Shown: positions 1 through 10,628 of the stretch, piece after piece | Layout: each line of letters starts with the position of its first letter | Position numbering within the stretch: position 1 is the first letter of the stretch | Origin: an uncultured delta proteobacterium | GTDB taxonomy: Bacteria; Desulfobacterota; BSN033; UBA1163 | Assembly (NCBI GenBank): GCA_963708295.1 | Contig: CAVPSJ010000004.1 | Coordinates: 96,001 to 160,000, forward strand | DNA length: 64,000 nt | Reading direction: 5' to 3' | The notes under the pieces: model-generated | Database searches by the model: none | What the model was told of the DNA's origin: nothing | Seen by the model: only the letters and a program-made list of their open reading frames with translations | Translations under genes and position numbers: made by a program

Positions 1-530
1 CGATTCCATATGCCAGAAGGCACAACATGGCCGGAAAACGCTTGCTATTGAGAAGGAGGAGGGTAATGATCACTCCTCCGACTGGCAATCACAGGGCCTT
101 CTCTCATCATGCTCAATCCCTCTACGACAAAGCTCAACCCCAAGCCCGAGCATGATGCCTCGAACGACAGGTTTCGTCGTGATCTTCTCAATCCAGGTGA
201 TGGCTCCGGTCAATCCCATCAGAAGCCAGAAAAGGCCGGTAAAGATTCCCGACCCCCAGATCATTCCATGGGTGATCGCCCGGCATGAGCGATGGCCATC
301 CCTCCAATTGCTTTCATGGGTTGAATAGGAACGGGGGTCCTGAAATAAAGTCCCACAAAAATTTTGAAGACGCCGAAGGCAACAAGAATACCCAAAGGGT
401 CCATCTTATTGAGCGTGATATATCCCACGACAAAAGGGATCAGCGTGCCCAGGTCGCCAAAGGCCCCGGCAAACTCCATCTTGTTGTAGTCATTCCCCCA
501 CAATCGCATGGATGATTTACTCTCCTCCAC
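1..530 (-). CDS. Putative molybdate/sulfate transporter (MOT1 family), runs off window, frameshifted
   Basis: N-terminal EFAGAFGDLGTLIP and PVPIQPMKAI motifs; ORFs 261..530 and 70..264 are consecutive fragments. Confidence 0.8.
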
Positions 531-575
531 GAAAAATGTTAGAAGAGATTTGTCATTTAAAGGGTATTTTCATGG

Positions 576-958
576 CTATTCGAGAATCTCCTTCTTTCTG
601 ACCGATTTCATGCTCCGCATGCACTCCACAGCATAATCGCAGGCTTCAAAGGCTTCCTTCCGATGAGGTGCAGGCGACTGCTGCGATGAGGATCAAGTCG
701 CCCAGGTCAAGTCTGCCCACTCCTGCGGTACAGGGCAATGTCCTGTATTTCCCACTTGGTCAGGATTTCGTTGGCTATATTCGATAATTCTCTCTCTGAT
801 GCATTTATGTCCGCTTCATATTCGATTGAAACAACCTTCCGACCGTTCGAATCAGGACGGACAATGCCAAGATGCGTCACGATTGATCCGGAGGAGTCAG
901 TTTTTAAACTGTCGAGCAAAAGCTGAGGAGAAACCAATGCTTCAGTAACTTTTACCAT
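576..958 (-). CDS. moaE: Molybdopterin synthase catalytic subunit, frameshifted
   Basis: GSIVTHLGIVRP..IEYEA in ORF 707..958; other frame continues PHRKEAFEACDYAV..KKEILE to TAG at 576. Confidence 0.8.
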
Positions 959-980
959 GCCAAACTCCTTACGTAATTTT

Positions 981-1322
981 TTACTTGGTTAGGAGTCTCT
1001 CGAATTTCTGCTTAAATCTTTTTTCTACGATTCCTTGAAGGTCCTTTATAAGAGAATCCACTTTCCCGATGAATTCCTTCCCTTTCGGTGTCAATTGCGC
1101 TCCACCATCTTTCCCGCCAAGTCTTGTATCTAATATCTTGAACCCCGCCCTTTGTTCGATCTTTCTGATCGCTCCCCAGGCATGCCGGTAAGACATCCCA
1201 AATTCCTCGGCTGCCCGCTGGATGGAACCTAACCGATCAACAGCCAGAAATAGTGCAGTTTTGCCTCCCCCAAGCACCACTTCCCCCTTGTTCTCGATCC
1301 AGAATTTCGCTTTGATCTCCAT
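981..1322 (-). CDS. modE: ModE-family regulator, DNA-binding domain only
   Basis: GSIQRAAEEFGMSYRHAW..GGKDGGAQLT; GGAGG RBS before ATG at 1322. Confidence 0.85.
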   Translation of the reverse strand: MEIKAKFWIENKGEVVLGGGKTALFLAVDRLGSIQRAAEEFGMSYRHAWGAIRKIEQRAGFKILDTRLGGKDGGAQLTPKGKEFIGKVDSLIKDLQGIVEKRFKQKFERLLTK

Positions 1323-1362
1323 AAAACCTCCTTGGAAAAATTTCACTTATAATATGCTAACT

Positions 1363-1387
1363 ACAATATGCTAAAAAAGCATATTGT
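1363..1387. promoter_or_regulatory. Perfect inverted repeat upstream of modE, candidate operator
   Basis: ACAATATGCT-N5-AGCATATTGT, with an extra half site AATATGCT at 1351. Confidence 0.5.
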
Positions 1388-1463
1388 CAAGATAAACTCG
1401 CTTTTCTGAAAGGGTCTTATACATTGAAGGATACCACATGGGTCTCGGTAATGTTGAAAGGAA

Positions 1464-2648
1464 TTAAAAGAGGAAACCATAAATAAGGATGGAAAGCAAT
1501 CCACCTGCCAGAAGGATGTAAGGAAGGCTGATCTTTTTATAAATGGCAAAGAAAGCCGCTGCAGCCATGAGAATCCTTGGAATATCTACAAGGGAGGTCC
1601 TTCCAAAATTATAAAGGACCAGGGCCAACATTCCGATAAATGACCCAAGGACACCCTGCTCCATCATCCGGACCTTTTCGACTCCCCGCAATCGATCGTG
1701 ATAAGGAATCAGAAGGACCAGGATGAAGAAAGAAGGGAAAAAGACTCCAAGCGTGGCCATGAATGCACCCAACAGATTGGCTACCTTGTAACCCACGAAA
1801 GTGGCTGTAATCAGAATGGGACCGGGAGTCACCTGACCCAGTGCAATCCCGTCCAAAAATTCTTTTGTGCTGAGCCACTGAAATCGGTCTACCATCTCAT
1901 ACTGGATCAAGAGGGATGGCGGTGAACCCGCCGCCGAAGGCCAGAGCTCCGATCTTGGAAAGATTGAGGGAGAGGCTCGTAATCCTGGGATCCACGAGAT
2001 AAGAGAGCACCAATGCCAGGCAAATAAAGGCCGCCAGGAAGAGCAACAATAAGATATTCCTTTTCTTCACCTCGTGAGGAACGCCTCCGGAGCGCTTCCA
2101 GCGGCCGCAGCTTTGGCTTGGAGGTATCTTAGGACGTAAAAGAAGACCGGCAAGCGGCAGCGAAGACAAAAATCAGAACAAAGTTCCACTGGAAAAAGAA
2201 GGCGAAGAAGGATAAAACTGCGATGAGAATCACCTTCCAGTCTTTGAGAATGGATCTGCCGAAGGTGATGCAGGCATTGAGGATGATGGCCACCACAATT
2301 GCCCCCAATCCCTTAAAAAGAGCCTGGATAAACCAGAGGCTATGAAATCTGAAATAGATGGCCGAAAGAATCAAGGAGGGCGATAAATGCCGGGAGAACA
2401 AAAGCCACTGCCGCTGTAAGGGCTCCCCAGATTCCCCTGACCCGATACCCGATGTAAGTAACGATCTGGACCATGGTAGCCCCCGGGATCAACTGGCAGA
2501 GGGCCACCCCTCGCATGAACTCTCCCTCTTTCACCCAGCCATATCGATTTACAGCCGTCTCCTTGATCTGACCGATCATCGCCGGGCCGCCATAGGCCGT
2601 GGCCCCAAGTTTGAAAACTCTTGTGAATAGAAGGCTGAGTGGAATCAT
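1464..2648 (-). CDS. chrA: Chromate transporter (long-chain CHR), frameshifted
   Basis: KLGATAYGGP, CQLIPG, KIGALAFGGG, GQVTPGP across four fragments. Confidence 0.85.
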
Positions 2649-2679
2649 ATGCAGTCTCCCTAAGAGAAAGGTCTACCCT

Positions 2680-3928
2680 CTAAAACATCGGCGTTGGAAC
2701 AGTGCCCCATCCGCTTCCTGCAGGGGTATCTTGCACTTGAAGAATCTCTCCAGTGTGAAGGTGAACATCAACGAAGAAAAGTGGCTTCCGTATGATGTTG
2801 ATGTCGAAATCATCAAAGGCGATTTAAGCTCTTCACTTATCGGCAGATACTTCGATGAAAATGATCCTTCGCTTCATCGCCGGACTATCGTGCATGCTTG
2901 GATTGTGAGCCTGCATTCCAGCATGGTGAGCATGTCCTTCTGTCAAATGGGCAAAGGGATGAAAAATATACTCTGTAATCATGCCAATGGTTTTGTGCTG
3001 TTCGAACAGTTTCCATTCCCCGCCTGTATCAGCAATCATTCCCTGCATCACATAATCAATCGGAATGAAATAGGCAAGAAGACGATGACCTTTGCTATTT
3101 TCGATGGATTGCAGCTTTGAGGCAATGGCAGGATCCTGAAGCACAGAGGGAAGAAGTTGTTTTGCCGCTGATCAGGTCTTCTTTTGTTATAGTGATCACA
3201 TCAACACGGTTCGACTTGCTCCAATGGAAGATGATGGACGGTATAGGCTCGTAAAATGAATCCGCTTCCGACAATGACTACAAGAAGCACCAGAAAGATG
3301 AGAATGGCTTTCCCGAAGCCGAGACGTTGTTGTGACTGGCTTTGAGCTTCCTACCAATACTTTCTCAATGAAACGGGGAAGGAACATTCCCGTTCGATTC
3401 ATGTAAGCAATGTAACTTTCCCCGAAACGATTGGTCATTCGGCGTTCCTCATCTTTGGCGAGAAGGTAATACAAAAAGAGCATGACTGCAAAGAGCGTGA
3501 GCGTCAGAAATCTGGGCCACATGATCGCCAGTCCCAGAGCTGCCAGCCCAAGGCCAAGATATTGAGGATGGCGAATAAAGGTATAAAATCCTTTTGTCGC
3601 AACACCCTTTTTCAACAACTTGCCCAATATAAACCTGTGCAGCACAGACGAGAAATATTAACGTTCCTGACGACAAAAAACACTGACCCCAAAATACGAA
3701 CGATTGCCAATGCCTCATTGGGCGGAACGACCATGTGAGGAAGAAAGAAGGCTGTCAGCCAGCGAGTCATCGACGATTGATTTAGGGCGAGCAAAAATGG
3801 GTTGAATGCCGCATAGAAAAAGAAGGCAAACGGGCTGATCATAATGGCAATTTCAAAGGCCGACAATGAATGATAGAAAAATAGCGCTTCTTGCCGCAAA
3901 CCTCTTACCTCATACCACGACTCGGCAT
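2680..3928 (-). CDS. Isoprenylcysteine/phospholipid methyltransferase-family membrane protein with His-rich C-terminal extension, frameshifted
   Basis: GFYTFIRHPQY and DEERRM..FGESY motifs; C-terminus ..GWGTVPTPMF ends at TAG 2680. Confidence 0.7.
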
Positions 3929-4012
3929 TTTCTCCTGGTCCATTTAAGAAAAAACTCCTTTATACTCTTCTTGTGAGAGCGTAAACCAGAGCCAACTTCC
4001 ATGGAGTTGTGT

Positions 4013-5008
4013 TCAGCGCTCAACGATAACGTGGATCGTGTAACGCGGGCCACCCTGAAGCTGTGCATCGATCTCGGCGAGCCCGGACACTGAGCCCCCT
4101 GTGACGTAAAAACGCACAATCCCCAAGCGGGCAAAGCCCGGACCGAACGGCTCCGGCTTGAGCGCCACAGGGACACCACGCCGCGTAACCATTCCGATTG
4201 GCACCCCATCGCTGAGGATCTCCAGGTTCCCCTCGGCGGTCGGACGGAGCGCCATGAAGGAGCGCGCCTTATCGGGTAGCGTAACCAATAGATCGACCGG
4301 CATGGACGCCATCTGGCCTGTCTTCACATGTTGCCAATCCTCATTGCGGCTTTCGTGGAGCTGATTGTAGGCAGCCACGTTCGGCACCGGCTTGGCGGTG
4401 ATATGAGCAATGGCCTGAGTGGTTCCAGACAATCGCCCAGCATCTGAGAGCTGAATCGAGATCGGATAATCGCCTGCCTGAATGGGATTGAGAGGCCCCC
4501 AACGAAGGTGGATCGCCTTTAAGCCGGGACGTTCAGGCGGACCGGCAGGTAAGGCCCCTGTGAGCTTGAGGACAATAGTGCGTGGATCCTGGGGGTCCAA
4601 CCCTATAGTAAAGGGCACGGATATAGGCCCTTGCGACCAGCCGTAGAGGAGAACGGCCTGCGGACGGCTATTTGGCTGCGGCGTAAAGGCTTGTGGAAAC
4701 GTGAAGCGGAAGGTAGCCCCTACGGGCAGGGCCAAGCCCTGTATGCTCGGGTCAGAGGATATATTGAAGACAACCCAGGACTCAAACGGATACCCGGCTG
4801 CAAGCCCATCGCTTGTCATCGGTTGGTACTCGATTGTCGCCCCAGGTGGGTTTGCTCCAACGATCGTCGTAAAGAATGCAATGACCAGTGCCGTTGAAGT
4901 GATTAGGCTAAGGGCGCTAAGCCATACTGTAGAACTCCGATCTCGCCACTTCTCTCGAATCCAGAGGAATCTATATTGAAGTTTTTGTTGCATGAGCCAC
5001 CTCCTCAA
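4013..5008 (-). CDS. Hypothetical membrane-anchored or secreted protein
   Basis: 331-aa ORF, one N-terminal hydrophobic segment followed by a Pro/Gly-rich domain. Confidence 0.65.
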   Translation of the reverse strand: MRRWLMQQKLQYRFLWIREKWRDRSSTVWLSALSLITSTALVIAFFTTIVGANPPGATIEYQPMTSDGLAAGYPFESWVVFNISSDPSIQGLALPVGATFRFTFPQAFTPQPNSRPQAVLLYGWSQGPISVPFTIGLDPQDPRTIVLKLTGALPAGPPERPGLKAIHLRWGPLNPIQAGDYPISIQLSDAGRLSGTTQAIAHITAKPVPNVAAYNQLHESRNEDWQHVKTGQMASMPVDLLVTLPDKARSFMALRPTAEGNLEILSDGVPIGMVTRRGVPVALKPEPFGPGFARLGIVRFYVTGGSVSGLAEIDAQLQGGPRYTIHVIVER

Positions 5009-5108
5009 AAATTGTACCTTCTTTCCTTTGCCACACAGGATATGGAAGGCTCTATGTATAATTTAAACATTCGAAGACAAAAAGGCCACCCAATGGGATT
5101 GACGCAGC

Positions 5109-6443
5109 CTATAGTTGCCTTAGTATCTCGGCAGGCTTCATTCTGCTTGTCCGTTTCCCCATGACATAACTCGCCATGCCACCGGCAACAAGGGAGAGTG
5201 CCAGAGAAATTGCTGTTAGCCCGGCGGAGATGCTAACTGGAAGCCGGACGGTTTGGGCAGCGGCTGCCGTATCTTTGGCGAAAGCAGGCAAAAGATTCAG
5301 CTCCCAGGAGGTTGATACGGGAATGGAGAGGAAACCCAGAAGATAAGAGAAGAAGTATCCCATCAGGATTCCCAAGACACCTCCGAGAAGAGATTGTAAA
5401 AAGACTTCGCCCATTAACTGTTTTTGAACATCTCTTTCGGTCCAGCCGACCGCCTTCAGAATGCCGATCTCTCGGGATCGCTCAACAAGATTGGAAAGCA
5501 TGGCCTTGACGATCAGAAAAACAGCGCCTCCAAGGGCGATGATGGAAACGATAAAAGAGAACTGGTCAGAAATCTTCGAGACCCCTCCCATCAGTTCAAG
5601 AGATGAATCGGAACTCGCGACAGAAACCCCATTGAGCTGCCTGGCAATGCTTGTCTTTACCTGGCTGAGAAGAGATGGGTTCTTCAGGCGAAGATAGACA
5701 ATATTTACCCCGTTAGAAATAATGCCCGCTGCTCTACGGTCCCGCCTATGGCGGGATTAGATTTTGGAATAATTCGGGCGGGATTGAGTGCCCCGTCTGG
5801 AATTTCTAACGGGGTGAACACCGCCCGATTCTCCGCCAAGCAAGCTCTGGGCATCTTGAAGGGGCAGGTATATATTCGCTGAGGCGATCTGGGATCCTTC
5901 TTTGATCTCCAGGAGTCCCACGACGCTGAAGGGACGGCCATTGATCTCCACTGTGTCTCCCATTTTTTTGTGCTGGAATTTTGCATAATGTTTTTCGAGA
6001 ACGACTTCCCCTTCTTTTTGGGGAAAACGCCCTTCTTTGAGCCACTCCTTGACCTTGACCGGCCCCAGACTCGGTTGCGTAAGATCGACTCCCATGATCG
6101 TCCTGAAACCGCCTTTATCAAACTCCCAGAGGAGGAGCGAAGAAGCCATCGAATCGACACCTTCAATCGTTTTGAGTTTTTCGAGATCCTCGGAGGGAAG
6201 AAGCTGATTCGAAAAAGGCAGGCGTATCCCGCGCATGGATGCGGGCGGCTGGCCTGAATCAACAGCCCGCTTTTCCGGTCGCTGCACAACGACGTCTGCC
6301 CCAAGGTTCTTGAAAGGCAGGCTCACCGCTTTCTGATAAGCCGTTGAAACGGCATTGATGGAAACAAAAAGGGCAATTCCGATCCCGATGCCCAGGATAT
6401 TGACCAGGGTACGGTTATGGTGATGGCGAAGTTCTTTCAACAC
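5109..6443 (-). pseudogene. MacB/FtsX-type ABC permease interrupted by a 111-nt in-frame insertion containing TAA
   Basis: ORFs 5757..6443 and 5109..5591 are in the same frame; ERSREIGILKAVGW motif; insert bounded by inverted repeats. Confidence 0.8.
5707..5815. mobile_element. MITE/REP-like palindromic element inside the permease gene
   Basis: Perfect 14-bp terminal inverted repeat ACCCCGTTAGAAAT / ATTTCTAACGGGGT; internal CCCGCC-TAT-GGCGGG hairpin. Confidence 0.8.
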
Positions 6444-6492
6444 GTAGTTGATAGTTCATGATGTCCTCACTTTCTTACTTCTGTTATTTGAT

Positions 6493-6879
6493 CTAGAGAG
6501 CGCTTCGGAGATCTTCCATGGTCCATTTCCCCTGGAAAGCGGCAGGGCCTGAACCTGTGGGAAAGCCGACAAATTTTATTTCTTTGCCATTTACTGGAAT
6601 GGCGAACTTGCCGTCCAGCCAGATGACCAGGGGGACATGCTGGGTTACCCCTTTTTTGGCCATGAACTGTTCGCCTTCTTTGGTCTCGAAGTCATACCAG
6701 GAAACGGCGACTTTGCTCCCGTACTGTGAGAAAACCTTTTTGATCTGCTCCAGCGAATCCAGAAGCGGACCGTGGTTCATGTAAAGGACTTCAACCTTGA
6801 CCTCTTTCGCAGCAAAAACTGTAAATGGAACAGAAAATAGAGCCAGGATTACCAAACAGGATAAAATTATCTTTTTCAT
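6493..6879 (-). CDS. Secreted thioredoxin-like hypothetical protein (NHGP in place of CxxC)
   Basis: Signal peptide; VEVLYMNHGP and HVPLVIWLDG segments; fold is inferred. Confidence 0.6.
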   Translation of the reverse strand: MKKIILSCLVILALFSVPFTVFAAKEVKVEVLYMNHGPLLDSLEQIKKVFSQYGSKVAVSWYDFETKEGEQFMAKKGVTQHVPLVIWLDGKFAIPVNGKEIKFVGFPTGSGPAAFQGKWTMEDLRSAL

Positions 6880-7544
6880 GACATGATCTCCCCATCTTTC
6901 ATTCGGATTAGCCGGTTGGCTGTTTTAGCAAGTTCATCTTCATGGGTGACCATTAAAATAGCCACCCCCTCTTCCTTATGCAATTTGTTCAAAATGCCCA
7001 TAATGGCCTCGCCGGTGCTTGAATCGAGGTTTCCGGTGGGCTCGTCGGCAAAGATGATTTTGGGGTTATTGATCAATGCCCTGGCAATGGCTACCCGCTG
7101 CTTCTCCCCTCCTGAGAGGGCCGAAGGCAGGTGCTCGATCCTGTGCCCCAACTCCATCTTGCCAAGGAGTTCCGTTGCACGCTTGCGACGCTCTTCATTG
7201 GTCATCTTTAAAGGAAAAAGAGGAAGGGCCACATTCTCCCATGCGGAGAGGGTCGGGATGAGGTTAAAGGACTGGAAAATAAATCCGACATTTTCCCGAC
7301 GAAACAGGGCCAGCACATCTTCAGATGCTCCGTTAATCTCTTTCCCATTTAGAATCACCCGCCCCTTCGTAGGTTTTTCCAGCCCTGACAAAAGAGAAAG
7401 GAGCGTTGTCTTGCCGCAGCCCGATTTTCCCACGAGGCAAACAAATTCCCCTGCGTCGATAGCCAGCGAAACCCCCTTGACCACTTCAAGATCACCATAT
7501 TTCTTGCTTAGATCCGTACCTGATAAAATAGTTGATTTAGTCAT
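6876..7544 (-). CDS. ABC transporter ATP-binding protein (LolD/MacB type)
   Basis: [33 protein letters not shown]. Confidence 0.95.
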   Translation of the reverse strand: MTKSTILSGTDLSKKYGDLEVVKGVSLAIDAGEFVCLVGKSGCGKTTLLSLLSGLEKPTKGRVILNGKEINGASEDVLALFRRENVGFIFQSFNLIPTLSAWENVALPLFPLKMTNEERRKRATELLGKMELGHRIEHLPSALSGGEKQRVAIARALINNPKIIFADEPTGNLDSSTGEAIMGILNKLHKEEGVAILMVTHEDELAKTANRLIRMKDGEIMS

Positions 7545-8790
7545 GTCTTAATACCTCCGAAGGTTTGATTTTTGAAATGTGTCTGCCCAGCAACCCGCCT
7601 GTCATTCCTCCTATGATGATTGATAAGAGGATAGCAAAGAAAGCCAGGTTCCAGGGGACATGGACGGGAAGCCGCAGGGTCTTAAATATCTGATCTCCCC
7701 CTCCCGGGAGAAAATGCGGATTTGGACTCATCTCCCACGGGATAGGGATATTGACCTTCATGAAACTTAAACCGAACGAGGCCACAAGGGCTATCAGAAG
7801 ACCCAGAATACCTGCCATAAAACATTGGATCACCGACTCTGACATCAGTTGAGAGACCACGTTTCGATTGGTCCAGCCAACTGCCTTGAGAACCCCGATC
7901 TCCCTGGCCCGCTCGGCAATGTTTCCTGCCATGGTCTTAAAAGCGATCAGGACGGCAACAATGATTGCGATCAGAGAGGCAGCCAGCGTGAATTTATCCG
8001 AAAGGGCAAAGAGGCTGCCGAGAAGTTTCAGGAAGGAGTCCGGCGTAGCCACCGTGGCCTTATTGCCAAGGATGCCTTTCATCTCGGATGCCAGGCCGGT
8101 GATCTTTTCCTGGTCTGCCTTAATAAAGAGGAGGTTCACATCGCCCGGTGCGTATGGAGAAACAGACTGTAATCCTTTCGACGAAGTGGCCAGATCCTCT
8201 GCCTCTTTTAGAGGTAGGTACACATTGGCTACGGCGATTTTAGCTGCACGGGAGGCATCTACAATACCCACGACAGGAAATTTGTCATCGGCCACCGATA
8301 TGGTGTCATTCAGTTTGATCCCAAATTGCCGGGCATAGGCCTGCTCAACAAGGGCCTCGGGTTTGCCGTCTTCGAGAAACCTTCCCTCTGTGACAGAAGA
8401 GCGAAGAAGGCTCGGTCCTATGGAGTTCTCTTTTTCAATCCCCAGGACGATCCAGGCCCGGTTCGGGTCGAAGACCCAGAGCAGCAGGCCTGTGCCTATT
8501 CCTCTTACGCCGGGAAGTTTCTGGATCTTCTCAACTTCCTCCTTGCGGATCGTCACTGCCGAACAGGGAAAGACCGCTCCTGCCAGGTCCTTGGGAACAT
8601 CGCCTGACCGCTGAACCGTTATGTCGGCTCCGATTTCCTGGAGGGGGACATGGGCTGCCTGGCGGTAAGCCGATGAGAGAGAGTTGAGGATGATGAGAAG
8701 GGCGATTCCGATCGAGAGTCCGAGAATTGACATCAGTGTCCTTCGTTTCTGGTAATAGAGTTCTTTCGTCATGTAACGTAGATTCATCAC
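7537..8790 (-). CDS. ABC transporter permease (MacB/FtsX type)
   Basis: 417 aa; ERAREIGVLKAVGW; C-terminal KPSEVLR. Confidence 0.9.
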   Translation of the reverse strand: MMNLRYMTKELYYQKRRTLMSILGLSIGIALLIILNSLSSAYRQAAHVPLQEIGADITVQRSGDVPKDLAGAVFPCSAVTIRKEEVEKIQKLPGVRGIGTGLLLWVFDPNRAWIVLGIEKENSIGPSLLRSSVTEGRFLEDGKPEALVEQAYARQFGIKLNDTISVADDKFPVVGIVDASRAAKIAVANVYLPLKEAEDLATSSKGLQSVSPYAPGDVNLLFIKADQEKITGLASEMKGILGNKATVATPDSFLKLLGSLFALSDKFTLAASLIAIIVAVLIAFKTMAGNIAERAREIGVLKAVGWTNRNVVSQLMSESVIQCFMAGILGLLIALVASFGLSFMKVNIPIPWEMSPNPHFLPGGGDQIFKTLRLPVHVPWNLAFFAILLSIIIGGMTGGLLGRHISKIKPSEVLRHD

Positions 8791-9268
8791 TTACCTCCAT
8801 TTGTGTGACCATGGACTTTGCGCACGGGTCATGCTCTGGCGCATAAGATTGAAGAAACGTTGTTGCTGATCGGGATCGAGGATCTTCTTTAACTCCGTGA
8901 TATGCGTGATGACTTCCTTTTGAATCTCATCCTGGATACCCGCCATCTCTTTCCGCAGATTCTCTATCTTCACAGGGTCGCTGTTTTTCTGAAGGAGAGT
9001 TACGAAAATCTCTTTTTTCTCCTCCATGAGCGCTCCCCAGTTCTGCAAGCCGCCCATGAAACTTCTGGGCCAAGGGATCCATTTTTGATAATTGAACATT
9101 CGAAAGGCCGAGGGACTGATAGAGATGACTGTCTCCCGGTGACATGGGACAGGGCGCTGAGGATGTAGTAGAGGCGTTAACGTAATAATGGTATCCCATG
9201 GAGACCAGGACACCTGCATTGATTGCTAATGACAGAACCAGAACGACTGTCAACCACTTAGATTTCAT
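8791..9268 (-). CDS. Periplasmic heavy-metal sensor (Spy/CpxP/CnrX-like), frameshifted
   Basis: LVLSLAINAG anchor, LGLSNVQ, ILDPDQQQRF. Confidence 0.75.
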
Positions 9269-9763
9269 CTGGATTCATTCTCCTTATAACTCACCATTTG
9301 GAGATATCCGTGTGCCAACGTGCCAGGAGGGGCAGGATCAAAAACCTTCAAGGAGTCAAAAAGGGCCTCCTGTGAATAGGTCGGTCGCTCAGGCTGAAAC
9401 GGAAAGAAATCAGATCGGGCCAGGATATTACCGAGATAGGTGCCAGCCAGGATTCCAATTACCAGCAGGATTGAAGCGATAGCAGGGGTCCGCAATAGCT
9501 GGAAAAATCGCTCGAAGATTGGCAACAAACCTTGTTCACGAGGTTCTTTAATTTTTCTAACAACTTGCCGGTAAAACCATGGATCCGGGTGGATTTCTTC
9601 CAACTCCCCCAGGGTTTGCCAGACCCGCTCAAGCTCCGCATACTGTTCACGACAGGCCCGGCAGCTCAGAAGGTGACTTCTGACCTGTTCCTGCTCCCGA
9701 GGCTTCAAGTTCTCTGTCCTGGTAAGCTGAAAATTTCTTTTGGACATTATGGCATTTCATCAT
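9265..9763 (-). CDS. zf-HC2 anti-sigma factor
   Basis: HLLSCRAC motif plus one TM helix; follows the ECF gene. Confidence 0.85.
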
Positions 9764-9910
9764 AAAATCCATTCAAAAATATGTGTCTCTAATCTAATTA
9801 AACAACTCTCAAGCCAAAAACCTGCGGTCATTTTTTAGAAATTTTTGCATCAGACTTAGCCTTTTGAGAAAACGAATTTCGAAATCCCAGAAATCAAGAA
9901 AATCACCGTA

Positions 9911-9990
9911 AAATCCCCCTTAATCCCCCTTTTCCTAAGGTGGAAAGCATCATCTCCTCCCTTTGTAAAAGGGAGGTGGGAGGGATTTTC
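9911..9990. repeat. REP-like palindromic element
   Basis: AAATCCCCCTTAATCCCCCTTTT..CTCCCTTTGTAAAAGGGAGG..GGAGGGATTTT. Confidence 0.55.
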
Positions 9991-10004
9991 AAAACGCTAA
10001 AGTT

Positions 10005-10581
10005 TTACAAATTTTTCAATTTTTCTTGAAGGGTTCTTTTGGCCCGGACAAGTAAGGATTCAACGGCAGAGACCGAACAGCCAATGATCTGGGCAATCTC
10101 CTGCATAGGAAAGGTCATCGTATCTTTTTAGAACCAATGCCATTCGCTGATTGTCAGGCAGGCTCTGAAGGGCATCGGAGATTTGGCGGCTGCGCTCCTT
10201 CTCGAGAAGAAGATCTTCAGCAGATGGCGAACCATCGGCGAGAGTCTCCTCAATAGCTGTGCTCACTCATCTTCATCAGACCGGTGAAATGGAAACCATT
10301 TCTTGCGGCGAGCGGATTTCAGCTCATTAAAACAAAGATTGGTCGTAATACGATAGATCCAGGTTGTGAATTTAGCCTCTGGGTTTATAGGTTTTGGCTG
10401 CCTGCCAAACCCGTATAAACACTTCCTGGGCCAGGTCTTTCGCCTGCGTCCTGTCCCCGATGAAACGATAAATAAGATTCAGGACGGAAGTCTGATGGCG
10501 ATTCACCAGGATTTCAAAGGCACTCTCGTCACCTTTGGCAATCCTGGCCATTAAATCTTCACTTGGTATTTCCTTATCCAT
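10005..10581 (-). CDS. ECF sigma-70 factor, frameshifted
   Basis: AKDLAQEVFIRVW (region 2); LPDNQRMALVLKRYDDLSY..AVESLLVRAK (region 4). Confidence 0.85.
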
Positions 10582-10628
10582 AGATTGAAAAAAGTTTACA
10601 GCTGGAAAGGAAGGCGGGGTAACCTGGA

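Noticed and set aside
6883-7551. Long antisense or alternate-frame ORFs (also 27355..28218, 51880..52506, 51887..52651, 62539..63264)
   Set aside because: Shadows of well-supported genes with no independent motifs
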